From NCBI GenBank assembly GCA_018883865.1, contig JAHLFI010000092.1:7760-39759 (forward strand): DNA of 32,000 nucleotides, in the 5' to 3' direction. Shown here in pieces: positions 1 through 9,211 of this stretch; within the stretch, counting starts at the first letter, position 1, and every line of letters starts with the position of its first letter. The notes under the pieces are model-generated. The model saw nothing but the letters and a program-made list of their open reading frames with translations. It ran no database searches and was not told the origin of the DNA. The position numbers and the translations under genes are program-made. This DNA is from Candidatus Oceanisphaera merdipullorum (GTDB taxonomy: Bacteria; Pseudomonadota; Gammaproteobacteria; Enterobacterales; Aeromonadaceae).

Positions 1-517
1 GGGCTTTGCTATTTTTATGGACTTGCGCCGCATCTGTGAGCACCCCACAGCCGAAGATAGAGCCTGGTTCCCCGATATAGCCGGCTCCGACTGGGTAAAA
101 ACACTGCACTTTGCCATGGAAAACTTTAAAGACGAAAGTTTTATCAGCCAGTTTTTATCACCTAAAGTGATGCGCGACTTACGCCTATTTGGCGTGGTGG
201 ATGATGAAACAAGAAACTTTTTACAGATCTCCGCCATTCACGATGAACTGGGTTACCAACAGCTAAGGCAGCAGCTCTCAAACCAATATAACTTAGCTAA
301 TCTTGAGCCTAATATTCAGGTTTATAACGTGGAATTTAAGGGGGATCGCTCGCTAACCTTGCGCTATGTGGCACACCAGAACATCCCATTGTCTGACTCG
401 CGCCATGAAGTGCTGAAGCACGTACACCGCTTATGGGGCTTTGATGTCGTATTAGAGCAAGAAACGCCTGAAGGAAACGCCACCATTATTAGCCGTTGCC
501 CTAAGCGAGAAACCTAA
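1..517 (+). CDS. ycgB: SpoVR/YcgB-family protein, C-terminal fragment (the 5' end lies outside the window)
   Basis: The reading frame is open from position 2, with no stop before the listed Met at 17. The C-terminal sequence (ICEHPTAEDRAWFPDIAG..FKDESFISQFLSPKVMRDLRLF..NIQVYNVEFKGDRSLTL..HRLWGFDV) resembles the recalled E. coli YcgB C-terminus. It sits next to fadR, as in E. coli. Confidence 0.7.
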   Translation, partial: GFAIFMDLRRICEHPTAEDRAWFPDIAGSDWVKTLHFAMENFKDESFISQFLSPKVMRDLRLFGVVDDETRNFLQISAIHDELGYQQLRQQLSNQYNLANLEPNIQVYNVEFKGDRSLTLRYVAHQNIPLSDSRHEVLKHVHRLWGFDVVLEQETPEGNATIISRCPKRET

Positions 518-565
518 GCGGGCACGCCTAAACCGAGTACTTAGTACCTAGCACTTAGTCATAAC

Positions 566-600
566 AAAAAGGCCGACCTCGCAATAAGGTCGGCCTTTTC
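566..600. terminator. Bidirectional rho-independent terminator between the convergent ycgB-like gene and fadR
   Basis: Stem GGCCGACC (571-578), 9-nt loop, GGTCGGCC (588-595). An A-run precedes it and TTTT follows. Confidence 0.75.
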
Positions 601-655
601 ATGTTTGAATGCACCCTTAGCCGCAACAAAATAAGACTAGGAGCGAGTGGATCAA

Positions 656-1438
656 TTAGCTGGGATTAACAAAGCCCACCGGCAGCTGTTCACGCATCTC
701 AGCCCACAGTTGGCCTGAGGCTTTGCCGTATTCTCGAACACGCTCGACGATTTGACGTCCACAACCTTGAATGGCCAAGCTGGACAAGGACTGATAATAA
801 TCGCTAGCCAATTGGCGCGCTGCCGCAGAGGAAAAATAATAACGCCCTACTCGGCAATATAAGCCTTTGAAGCCGTTTAAAATCAGGCCATAAATGGGAT
901 TTCCCGAGGCAAAGGCCAACTTATGATGTAAGTCATAATCAAAGGCGGCAAAAGCATCCGCATCATCTGCCAGCGCGTCTAACCCTAAGGTAGTGGCCGC
1001 CACTTGCTCGGGATTGTTTTTAACGGCAGCCCGAATAAAGATGCAGCTAATGTGAGTGCGTGCCGACAACAAATGCTCGATCAGCGCCGGCATTTTATCT
1101 TCATCGAGACGAGCTAAGGTTTCGAGGATATTCAAGCTAGAGGTTTCCCAAAAGTTATTCACTTTAGTGGGCTTACCATGTTGTATGGTTAACCAACCAT
1201 CGCGTGCCAAGCGTTGCAGCACTTCTCGCAAGGTCGTACGCGTCACGCCAATCAGCTCAGATAACTCGCGCTCGGCGGGCAAAATAGAGCCAGGCGCAAA
1301 ATGGCTGTTCCAGATGGATTCTATGATATATTGCTCAGCAAAATTAGCTGGGCTCTGTGCTTTAATCACCCCCAGTGGCTTGATAACACTTGACTTAGTC
1401 GCACTTGTTTTAATCGCACCCGACGCCGGAATAACCAT
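656..1438 (-). CDS. fadR: Fatty acid metabolism regulator FadR (GntR family)
   Basis: Long blocks are identical to recalled E. coli FadR ([53 protein letters not shown]). The ATG at 1438 gives a ~21-aa N-terminal extension. An in-frame GTG at 1369 would give the E. coli-like start (VIKAQSP). Confidence 0.93.
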   Translation of the reverse strand: MVIPASGAIKTSATKSSVIKPLGVIKAQSPANFAEQYIIESIWNSHFAPGSILPAERELSELIGVTRTTLREVLQRLARDGWLTIQHGKPTKVNNFWETSSLNILETLARLDEDKMPALIEHLLSARTHISCIFIRAAVKNNPEQVAATTLGLDALADDADAFAAFDYDLHHKLAFASGNPIYGLILNGFKGLYCRVGRYYFSSAAARQLASDYYQSLSSLAIQGCGRQIVERVREYGKASGQLWAEMREQLPVGFVNPS

Positions 1439-1678
1439 AAATCACTCTGTTTATTTAATTAGGGTTTATTGAATTAGGTTCTATGGGATTAAGCTTGAGG
1501 GCTTGTTTTGCCTAGTTACTTGGTCAATCCCACAGTTAAGCCAAGTCAATTAAGCCAAAGATAATAACAGAGCAGACCAGTGACCGACAAGCGCTCAGCG
1601 AGCGGGCATTAACCTTAACTGGATCTGAGCATAACATTGGGCATAAACATAAGTGGCAAGCATTTACTAGAGGTAAAA

Positions 1679-2209
1679 ATGTTACCAGTATCAAGATTAC
1701 AAGCGCTTTCTCACTCTCGGCTTGCTTGGGCAAGCCTCACTTTAGGCTCAGCCATGCTATTGGCCATAGCCCTGTTTTTTCAATACGCGCTCGACATGGA
1801 GCCCTGCGTCATGTGCGTCTATCAAAGAGCCGCCGTGGGTGGTGTCATGCTCGCCGGCGCTTTGGGCTGGCTAAGCCCTCGCTGCCCAATACTGAATAAT
1901 TTGGCGTTACTGGGCTGGCTCGCCGCCGCCGGCAAAGGCGTCTTATTAGCCAAGGAACACATCCATTATCAATTTAATCCCTCGCCCTTTACTAAGTGCA
2001 CCACAGTAGCCGAGTTTCCCCACTGGTTAGCGTTAGATAGTTGGCTACCGAGCGTCTTTCACCCTAGTGGTGATTGTGCCGATATTAGCTGGAGCTGGTT
2101 AGGCTTTAGCATGCCGCAATGGCTGTTAGGGATATTTATAGTGCTGGCTGCCTTGGCGGTATTCGTTATCTTGGTCCGACTGATTGGTGCTATAAATCAC
2201 CGCCATTAG
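1679..2209 (+). CDS. dsbB: Disulfide bond formation protein B
   Basis: CxxC (CVMCVYQR) in the first periplasmic loop, and a C-terminal block SGDCADISWSWLGFSMPQWLLGIF like E. coli DsbB. GAGG lies 6 nt upstream of the ATG at 1679. The longer ORF from 1637 has no support. Confidence 0.9.
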   Translation: MLPVSRLQALSHSRLAWASLTLGSAMLLAIALFFQYALDMEPCVMCVYQRAAVGGVMLAGALGWLSPRCPILNNLALLGWLAAAGKGVLLAKEHIHYQFNPSPFTKCTTVAEFPHWLALDSWLPSVFHPSGDCADISWSWLGFSMPQWLLGIFIVLAALAVFVILVRLIGAINHRH

Positions 2210-2276
2210 CCTTACACTCCAAGCAATCTATTAAAGCGATAAACCAGCGTAAGGCCACAGAGCTTAGCGTCGTTTA

Positions 2277-2309
2277 TCAAAAAGCCGAACCCTAGGGTTC
2301 GGCTTTTTG
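2277..2309. terminator. Bidirectional terminator between dsbB and ycgN
   Basis: Stem AGCCGAACCC / GGGTTCGGCT with a 2-nt loop, flanked by AAAA and TTTTT. Confidence 0.8.
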
Positions 2310-2333
2310 ATCGCGTATGGTTTAGCCTGGGGC

Positions 2334-2786
2334 TTAACTCGCCCAGGTAATAATGTGCTTTTCCCAAGCGCCCGCTTTTGACTCTGGTACCACCTTGCCG
2401 CGTACCGACTGTCCGGCTTTGTGCATGGCGCTCTTAGAGCCGGTGCGCAGTGGGTGCCAAGAGGGCAACGACTGACCTTCAGCTAATAGGCGATAAGCGC
2501 AGGTTGAAGGCAACCAAAAGTAATCTTCCAGCTTATCACGAGTGATCTTCAAACAATCTGGCACTATGGCAAACCGATTTTCATAGTTACTGCAGGCACA
2601 ACTGTGCGTGTTGAGTAACTCGCAAGACACATTAGTGTGGATTAACTCTTCAGTATCTTCGTCGATCAGTTTATTGAGGCAACATTTACCGCAGCCATCA
2701 CACAAGGCTTCCCATTCTTGATCCGACATTTGGTCTAAGGACTTGGTATGCCAAAAGTTGCTTTCCATTATTTTTTCCTGCGTCAT
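2334..2786 (-). CDS. ycgN: YcgN family protein (UPF0260, Cys-rich)
   Basis: FWHTKSLDQMSDQEWEALCDGCGKCCLNKL..TCAYRLLAEGQSLPSWHPL matches recalled E. coli YcgN. An alternative start at 2768 (MESNFW) has a better AGGA spacing. Confidence 0.88.
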   Translation of the reverse strand: MTQEKIMESNFWHTKSLDQMSDQEWEALCDGCGKCCLNKLIDEDTEELIHTNVSCELLNTHSCACSNYENRFAIVPDCLKITRDKLEDYFWLPSTCAYRLLAEGQSLPSWHPLRTGSKSAMHKAGQSVRGKVVPESKAGAWEKHIITWAS

Positions 2787-2851
2787 TACGCTTTATCTTT
2801 CCGACTTAATTATGCCGGCTTAAGTTACGTCGGCCAATTGTTCAGACTTAG

Positions 2852-3514
2852 TTATTCAGATACGGTCGCACTAAAAGGAAGCTGTCCGTTTAATTGCAGT
2901 TCAAGTGAATCTTGTGCCCTTAGCTCGGCCACCCCTTTAGGCGTACCGGTGAGCACTATGTCGCCGGGCTCTAGGGTAAAACACTGACTCATGAAAGCCA
3001 GTAGATCCCCTATCGGCCACATTAAGTCTCGGGTATTACCTGTTTGGCGCAGCTGGCCATTCACCATGAGTGAAAAGTCCAACGCCCCCAAGTCCATTAA
3101 CGTATCAGGATCAACAAAGGGACTAATGGGGCAACTGCCATCAAAGGCCTTGGCTCGCTCCCAAGGGTGACCTTGTTTTTTAAGGGTATCTTGTACATCA
3201 CGCAGCGTTAAATCCAGCGCCAGTCCTACGCCCACAATGGCGGACATGGCTTGCGCCGCATCGGCTTGGCATAAACGTCGACCAATCAAGAGCGCCACTT
3301 CCACTTCGTGGTGAATCGCGCCCTGCCCTTTGGGTAACACTAAGGGGGCCGTTAATCCGACTAAACTGCTTGCCGGTTTAATGAATAACAGCGGCTCACT
3401 TGGGATGGGGTTATTCAGCTCAGCGGCATGATCCGCATAACTGCGACCTACGCACACCACTTTACCCACCCCATAAGGCAGTGGCTGCCCTTGTAAGTCC
3501 CGATGTTGATACAT
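2852..3514 (-). CDS. ycgM: Fumarylacetoacetate hydrolase family protein YcgM
   Basis: It starts MYQHRDLQG like E. coli YcgM (MYQHHNWQG). Conserved blocks VVCVGRSYADH, HHEVEVALLIG, LDLTLRDVQ and PWERAKAFD are present. The 15 codons upstream of this Met are not conserved. Confidence 0.9.
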   Translation of the reverse strand: MYQHRDLQGQPLPYGVGKVVCVGRSYADHAAELNNPIPSEPLLFIKPASSLVGLTAPLVLPKGQGAIHHEVEVALLIGRRLCQADAAQAMSAIVGVGLALDLTLRDVQDTLKKQGHPWERAKAFDGSCPISPFVDPDTLMDLGALDFSLMVNGQLRQTGNTRDLMWPIGDLLAFMSQCFTLEPGDIVLTGTPKGVAELRAQDSLELQLNGQLPFSATVSE

Positions 3515-3662
3515 AGGCGCCCCTGTGCGTAATAAGAGTGAATTAGCGTAACTGCCCACTTAACACTTGTTAGGATAAGGCGGCCGTTTTCAAATAGTCG
3601 ACTATAGTAAAAGCCGTATTGTGCATGGCTTAACCGGTCGCTGACAATTGACAAACGATTGA

Positions 3663-3944
3663 CTAGCCTTGCTCCGCCGCTTGTTGCTCGCGCATTTGCT
3701 TGAGCATGTCCTCTGGCGGTGGTGGCAACTGCAAATAATAGCCTTGGGTCATCAGAGCGGCGCGCACCTTGGCTAAATCTGCTTGCCCTAAATGGGTTTT
3801 AGTGGCCAAGTTAATGATCATGGTCAGCTTGGGCGTGCCGAAAGTCTGCAATAAGGGCGCAGGTACGCGAGAAAAGTCGTCGCGTCTTTCGACAAAAAGA
3901 TAAGTTTCTGCCTTCTTAAGGCTTTTATATACTACAGATAACAT
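3663..3944 (-). CDS. ycgL: YcgL domain protein
   Basis: A small protein with YKSLKKAETYLFVERRDDFSRVPAPLL, typical of the YcgL family. It is divergent from minC, as in enterobacteria. Confidence 0.85.
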   Translation of the reverse strand: MLSVVYKSLKKAETYLFVERRDDFSRVPAPLLQTFGTPKLTMIINLATKTHLGQADLAKVRAALMTQGYYLQLPPPPEDMLKQMREQQAAEQG

Positions 3945-4049
3945 GGAAATTGCTATAATCCGTCGGCTTTATTGCCAGTTAGGTCGGCAAACTATAACAT
4001 CAGCGCGACCAATAACAAAAAGGATTAGATCCTCGGGGGACAGCCGCTT

Positions 4050-4742
4050 ATGGCGGAGCAAGGTATTGAATTAAAAGGCAGCAGCTTTACTCTTTCTGTC
4101 GTGCACATCGCAGATCAGGATATAAATATAGTAAAGCGGTTGTTAGCAGAAAAAATAGCAGTTGCGCCGGCTTTTTTTCGCGCCGCCCCTTTAGTCATTA
4201 ATATTGAGAAGCTATCGCAAACGCCAGACTTTAAAGCCTTGGCAGAGGCACTCAGAGAGCTAGATTTAGTGCCGGTAGGCATAACCGGCGTTAAAGACGA
4301 TGCCACCCGCGCGGCGGCTCGAGCAGCAGGTTTAGCGGTGATCAGCAGTGGCAAAACCGCGGTCACTCCTACCTATACCGAGCCCAAAGACGTGCCCACT
4401 GAGCTGCTTAACTTGCCCAATACTAAGGTGCATCGCGGCCCGGTTCGATCAGGCCAACAAGTGTATGCCCCTAATGGCTCGCTGGTGGTACTGGGCTCGG
4501 TCAGTAATGGCGCGGAAGTGATTGCCGATGACAGTGTGCATATTTATGGCCAACTGCGTGGCCGCGCCGTGGCGGGAGCCAAAGGCAACGAGTCGGCGCG
4601 CATTTATTGCCAGCAACTGATGGCTGAGCTGGTCTCGGTCGCCGGCCATTACCAAATAAGCGCAGGATTACAGGGTGAGCACTGGGAACAGGCGATCACT
4701 ATTTCTTTGGTGGACGAGCAATTAACGTTCGACCGTCTCTAA
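4050..4742 (+). CDS. minC: Septum site-determining protein MinC
   Basis: ELKGSSFTLSVVHI at the N-terminus and the C-terminal beta-helix repeats (GAEVIADDSVHIYGQLRGRAVAG). It lies upstream of minDE. Confidence 0.92.
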   Translation: MAEQGIELKGSSFTLSVVHIADQDINIVKRLLAEKIAVAPAFFRAAPLVINIEKLSQTPDFKALAEALRELDLVPVGITGVKDDATRAAARAAGLAVISSGKTAVTPTYTEPKDVPTELLNLPNTKVHRGPVRSGQQVYAPNGSLVVLGSVSNGAEVIADDSVHIYGQLRGRAVAGAKGNESARIYCQQLMAELVSVAGHYQISAGLQGEHWEQAITISLVDEQLTFDRL

Positions 4743-4764
4743 TTTTACGATGTAGGAAGCAAAT

Positions 4765-5577
4765 ATGGCTCGAATTATCGTCGTCACCTCTGGTAAGGGC
4801 GGGGTGGGTAAAACAACCTCTAGCGCGGCCATTGGTACCGGTTTAGCCGTGCTGGGTCACAAAACGGCCGTTATCGACTTCGATATCGGCCTGCGTAACT
4901 TGGACTTGATCATGGGTTGTGAGCGTCGTGTGGTGTATGACTTTGTGAACGTCATCAACGGCGATGCCAATTTAAACCAAGCCTTGATCCGCGATAAGCG
5001 GGTCGACAATCTCTATATCTTGCCCGCGTCCCAAACCCGCGATAAAGACGCCCTCACCCGTGAAGGCGTAGAGAAGGTATTAAAAGACTTGGCCGCCATG
5101 GACTTTAAATACATTATCTGTGACTCGCCTGCAGGTATTGAAACCGGTGCGCTGATCGCCTTGTATTTTGCCGATGAAGCCATTATTACCACTAACCCTG
5201 AAGTATCCTCGGTGCGAGATTCAGACCGCGTACTGGGCATCTTATCGTCTAAGTCGTGGCGTGCAGAGCACAATATGGAGCCCATCAAGGAGCACCTATT
5301 GTTGACTCGTTATTCACCTGAGCGCGTGAATCGCGGCGACATGTTGGCGGTACAAGACGTGCAAGAAATTCTGGCGATTCCGCTGCTGGGTGTCATTCCA
5401 GAATCACAAGCCGTATTAAAAGCCTCTAACGCCGGTGAGCCCGTTATTTTGGATGAAGAGTCGGATGCGGGTCTGGCGTATGCCGATGCCGTGGCTCGCC
5501 TGTTAGGTGAAGAGCGCCCTTTTCGCTTCCTCGATGAAGAGAAAAAGGGATTTTTCAGCCGAATTTTTGGGAGTTAA
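4765..5577 (+). CDS. minD: Septum site-determining ATPase MinD
   Basis: Deviant Walker A motif SGKGGVGKTT and a C-terminal amphipathic helix KKGFFSRIFG. Confidence 0.97.
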   Translation: MARIIVVTSGKGGVGKTTSSAAIGTGLAVLGHKTAVIDFDIGLRNLDLIMGCERRVVYDFVNVINGDANLNQALIRDKRVDNLYILPASQTRDKDALTREGVEKVLKDLAAMDFKYIICDSPAGIETGALIALYFADEAIITTNPEVSSVRDSDRVLGILSSKSWRAEHNMEPIKEHLLLTRYSPERVNRGDMLAVQDVQEILAIPLLGVIPESQAVLKASNAGEPVILDEESDAGLAYADAVARLLGEERPFRFLDEEKKGFFSRIFGS

Positions 5578-5580
5578 GGC

Positions 5581-5865
5581 ATGTCTCTACTGAACTATTT
5601 CCGTTCGCGAAAAAATCAAAATAGTGCTCAGCTTGCTAAAGAGCGCTTACAGATCATAGTTGCGCACGAACGTAGCCGGCGGGATACCCCGGATTATCTG
5701 CCGCAAATGCAACAAGATATTTTGGCGGTGATCCGTAAGTATGTGAACATTGATATCGATCAAATTTCGGTACAGCTGGATCAAAAAGGCGATAACCTAT
5801 CGGTGTTAGAGCTGAATATTATGTTTCCTGAAGTGGATGAAAAAGTAGTTGGCAAAGCAGAATAA
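5581..5865 (+). CDS. minE: Cell division topological specificity factor MinE
   Basis: The N-terminus LNYFRSRKNQNSAQLAKERLQIIVAHER is a classic MinE sequence. Confidence 0.95.
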   Translation: MSLLNYFRSRKNQNSAQLAKERLQIIVAHERSRRDTPDYLPQMQQDILAVIRKYVNIDIDQISVQLDQKGDNLSVLELNIMFPEVDEKVVGKAE

Positions 5866-5896
5866 TTAGCCAAGCCTAACGCCCACACTCAGTAAT

Positions 5897-5940
5897 AAAA
5901 AAGCCCCAAGGCCAATTTCTGTGGGCCTTGGGGCTTTTTG
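5897..5940. terminator. Bidirectional terminator between minE and rnd
   Basis: 13-bp stem AAGCCCCAAGGCC / GGCCTTGGGGCTT, flanked by an A-run and a T-run. Confidence 0.85.
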
Positions 5941-5994
5941 CCGCTTGAACGAGGGGTTTTACTTCTTACGCGTCACGTGTGACTGCTCACCCCC

Positions 5995-7089
5995 TTACAG
6001 CTGCCCAGCTAACAGCTCACCGCGCCAGCCCTGCAATAAGGTGGGCGTCATGTCACGGCTCTCACTCAAGCGCCACTTCCAGCTTAAGTACTGATGGATC
6101 ACGCGCTTTGACGCTATCACCTCGGCCGGTATCTCAGCCTGCTCTGCGGCAATATCGATCAAGCCCTTAATACGCGCTAGCTCACTTTTGTAATCAGGGA
6201 AATCAATCAACCGCTGCACAGGCTCGGGCCAGCGCTCTGGGCTGTCCAGCGCCATTTGCACTAACTTGAGCAGGGTGTCACCGTGACGACGAATTTCCAT
6301 GGGATCCAAGTCTAACTTGTTCAAGTCTGACAGCGTCAACGGTGCGCGCTCTGCCACACGTAACAGATGCGCTTCTTTCACCACAAAGTTCACCGCTAAG
6401 TCACGACGACGCGCCTCGGTTAAACGCCATTCACAGACATGCTGCAAAATCGCCAATGCTTGGCGGTCCAGTGTCCACGCATTTTTAATGTCGAGATAAG
6501 CGAGGCTTGGTTCGACACTTTCACTGCGACGTTTCACGGCCCGCTCACATTCTTGCTCAAACCAACCCATCAGCCCTTTCTTGGCCAAACGCTCCATGAG
6601 CTGCTGATATACGGGGTAGAGATAAATAACATCGTCCGCCGCATAATTCAGTTGTGCGCTGGACAAAGGACGCGCTAGCCAATCGGTACGCGAATGGGCT
6701 TTATCTAAATGCACACTCAGCAGGTTATCTACCAAGGGCGCAAAGCCAATTTGTGCACCTATGCCTAAAAAGGCCGCCGCCAATTGCGTATCATGGATAT
6801 GCGCTGGCAAGCCGCCACTTTGATGCTGTAATAGCTCTAAATCTTCGCCGCCGGCGTGCAGCACGCAGATACGAGAAGGATCTTGTAATAACTGCCATAA
6901 CGGCGATAAATCAGGCACAAGCATTGGATCGATCAATACCGTCTGCTGGCCATCAAACAGCTGATATAAACCCGGCTTGGCATAGAAAGTGCGCGTGCGA
7001 ATAAATTCTGTATCCAGCGCTAGCACGCGTGCTTGAGTTTGGCAGAAATCGGCGAGCGCTGGGGTATCGGTGATCAAGGTATAAGTCAT
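5995..7089 (-). CDS. rnd: Ribonuclease D
   Basis: DEDD exonuclease motifs (LALDTEF, HAGGEDLE, YAADDV), an HRDC region, and a C-terminal GWRGELL as in E. coli RNase D. Confidence 0.92.
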   Translation of the reverse strand: MTYTLITDTPALADFCQTQARVLALDTEFIRTRTFYAKPGLYQLFDGQQTVLIDPMLVPDLSPLWQLLQDPSRICVLHAGGEDLELLQHQSGGLPAHIHDTQLAAAFLGIGAQIGFAPLVDNLLSVHLDKAHSRTDWLARPLSSAQLNYAADDVIYLYPVYQQLMERLAKKGLMGWFEQECERAVKRRSESVEPSLAYLDIKNAWTLDRQALAILQHVCEWRLTEARRRDLAVNFVVKEAHLLRVAERAPLTLSDLNKLDLDPMEIRRHGDTLLKLVQMALDSPERWPEPVQRLIDFPDYKSELARIKGLIDIAAEQAEIPAEVIASKRVIHQYLSWKWRLSESRDMTPTLLQGWRGELLAGQL

Positions 7090-7110
7090 GAGTACTCGTC
7101 TAAACGGTCA

Positions 7111-7140
7111 TAAAAAAACCCCGGTGGCGCGGGGTTTAAA
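7111..7140 (-). terminator. fadD terminator
   Basis: The minus strand reads AAACCCCGCGCCACCGGGGTTTTTTT: a CCCCG/CGGGG stem followed by a T-run. Confidence 0.75.
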
Positions 7141-7158
7141 AGGCAAACGAAAATTAAG

Positions 7159-8880
7159 CTAGGACACTGGGTCTCTGAGCTCTCGGCGCAGTATTTTACC
7201 GACGTTTGTTTTGGGCAATTCGTCGCGAAATTCTATCACTTTAGGCACCTTATAGGCAGTAAGATATTGGCGACAGTAGTCCTTCAAGGTCTTTTCATCC
7301 AATTGAGTACCGGGCTTTTTAACCACCACTAGCTTCACAATTTCACCGTACTCGGCGTGAGGCACGCCCACGGCGGCAGCTTCCAACACGCTGGGATGCT
7401 GCATGGCAATTTCTTCAATTTCATTGGGAAACACATTAAATCCCGACACTAATATCATGTCTTTCTTGCGATCGACTATGGTAAAGAAGCCTCGCTCATC
7501 CATGGTGGCAATGTCACCGGTACGCAGCCAGCCCTCATGAAAAGGACTGTCTGGACCCTTAGCCTCATGGGGATCGGCCTGCCAATAACCGCTCATCACC
7601 TGTGGCCCTTTTACCTCCATTTCACCCGGCGTATGGGTCAAACTAATCACTTCATCATGATCGTCCACCAAGCGCACATCGGTGGAGCACACCGGCAAGC
7701 CGATGGATCCGTTATAGGCCTTCATGTCATAGGGACAGACGGTGACCAACGGCGAGCACTCGGTAAGTCCATAGCCTTCCAACAATCGACTGCCGGTGAT
7801 GCGCTGCCAATGCTCAGCCACCACCCGCTGCACCGCCATACCGCCCCCTATAGTGAGCTTCAAGGTACTAAAGTTAAGTTTTTGAAAATCTTCATTATTA
7901 ACCAACGCATTAAACAAGGTATTCACCCCAGTAATGCAGGTAAACGGATAACTTTTTAGCTCTTTCACGAAACGGGGAATATCCCGCGGATTGGTGATCA
8001 ATAAGTTTTCCGCGCCTAAGCGAAAGAACAACAGACCGTTCGCGGTGAGCGCAAATACATGATAAAGCGGTAACGCCGTGACCACTTTCTCCTTGCCCAC
8101 TTCTAGCACAGGCCCGTACACGCCCACGCATTGTTCAACGTTAGCCAACAAATTACGATGACTTAACATGGCGCCTTTTGAACGCCCCGTGGTGCCACCG
8201 GTATATTGTAAGAAGGCTAAGCTGTCGCCGTTTAGCGTAGGCCGCGTATACGGCAAATTTTTACCGGCGCGTATGGCGACGTGATAATTGATGGCGGTGG
8301 GTAACTGATAGGCGGGGATCAACTTCTTCACGTGCTTAACCACTAAATTCAGCACTGTGCCCTTTACAAATCCTAGATGATCACCCATTTGCGTTAGCAA
8401 TACATTTTTTACCCCCGTCTCCGGCAAGACCTCAGCCAAGGTATGGGCAAAGTTTTCCACGATCACGATAGTGTCTGCTTGAGCATCGCTTAACTGGTAT
8501 TTTAATTCACGGGCCGTATATAAGGGGTTAACGTTCACCACTACCAGTCCGGCCCGCAAGGCGCCAAACAAGCACACCGGATACTGGAGTAGATTAGGCA
8601 TCATGAGGGCGATGCGATCGCCCACTTTCAGGTGCAGGGTATGTTGTAAGTAAGCCGCAAAGTCACGCGACAAGCTATCTAACTCCCGATAACTGATGGT
8701 CTTACCGAAGTTAGTAAAAGCCGGCTTATCGGCATAATCACGAACGCCCTGCTCAAACATCTCCATTAACGAGCTAAATTTATCGGCATCTATCTCGGCA
8801 GGTACGCCTGTTGGATATCGGTTTAGCCAAGGCTTGCCCGTAAAAGACAGCGGCTGCGATTCTGCTTGAACATGTTCCAT
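7159..8880 (-). CDS. fadD: Long-chain-fatty-acid--CoA ligase
   Basis: AMP-binding motif [15 protein letters not shown], and a C-terminal [13 protein letters not shown]. The rnd-fadD-tsaB-yoaA order matches E. coli. Confidence 0.92.
   Translation of the reverse strand: MEHVQAESQPLSFTGKPWLNRYPTGVPAEIDADKFSSLMEMFEQGVRDYADKPAFTNFGKTISYRELDSLSRDFAAYLQHTLHLKVGDRIALMMPNLLQYPVCLFGALRAGLVVVNVNPLYTARELKYQLSDAQADTIVIVENFAHTLAEVLPETGVKNVLLTQMGDHLGFVKGTVLNLVVKHVKKLIPAYQLPTAINYHVAIRAGKNLPYTRPTLNGDSLAFLQYTGGTTGRSKGAMLSHRNLLANVEQCVGVYGPVLEVGKEKVVTALPLYHVFALTANGLLFFRLGAENLLITNPRDIPRFVKELKSYPFTCITGVNTLFNALVNNEDFQKLNFSTLKLTIGGGMAVQRVVAEHWQRITGSRLLEGYGLTECSPLVTVCPYDMKAYNGSIGLPVCSTDVRLVDDHDEVISLTHTPGEMEVKGPQVMSGYWQADPHEAKGPDSPFHEGWLRTGDIATMDERGFFTIVDRKKDMILVSGFNVFPNEIEEIAMQHPSVLEAAAVGVPHAEYGEIVKLVVVKKPGTQLDEKTLKDYCRQYLTAYKVPKVIEFRDELPKTNVGKILRRELRDPVS
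8634..8656 (+). other. Candidate Tus-binding Ter site inside fadD
   Basis: Positions 8639-8653 read GTATGTTGTAAGTAA. E. coli TerB positions 6-20 read GTATGTTGTAACTAA, so 14/15 match and only C17 is replaced by G. G6 is present. Confidence 0.45.
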
Positions 8881-9211
8881 ATTGTTCTCCTAGGGCAGGA
8901 CTGAGAGCCGATGACAAAGATGAATAAGCGCGCGTGAGCCAATCACCTTTTGCTACATTTAACGCCGCTTACCTAAAAGCCTCGGTCTAACGACGATAAC
9001 TAGATACAATCAAGTAACTAAAACATAACACAAGTCGCGAATATAATGCGACTAACGCTGCCTAAAATGCCACAAGCGAGTCCGACGCAGATTATTACGC
9101 CGCCGGCGCAATCGATACTGCAAGCTGCGATGATAAGGGCGCTGTGCGTAAAACAATAAGCACTCTTTATCGAGACGCTGCCTGATGGAAAATATAACCA
9201 TGGGAACTTCC

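Noticed and set aside
9075-9091. GAGTCCGACGC upstream of fadD, sharing GTCCGAC with the FadR operator consensus (CTGGTCCGACCTG).
   Set aside because: The flanking CTG/CAG half-site bases are not conserved, the sequence has no dyad symmetry, and it lies about 200 bp from the fadD start. The support is insufficient.
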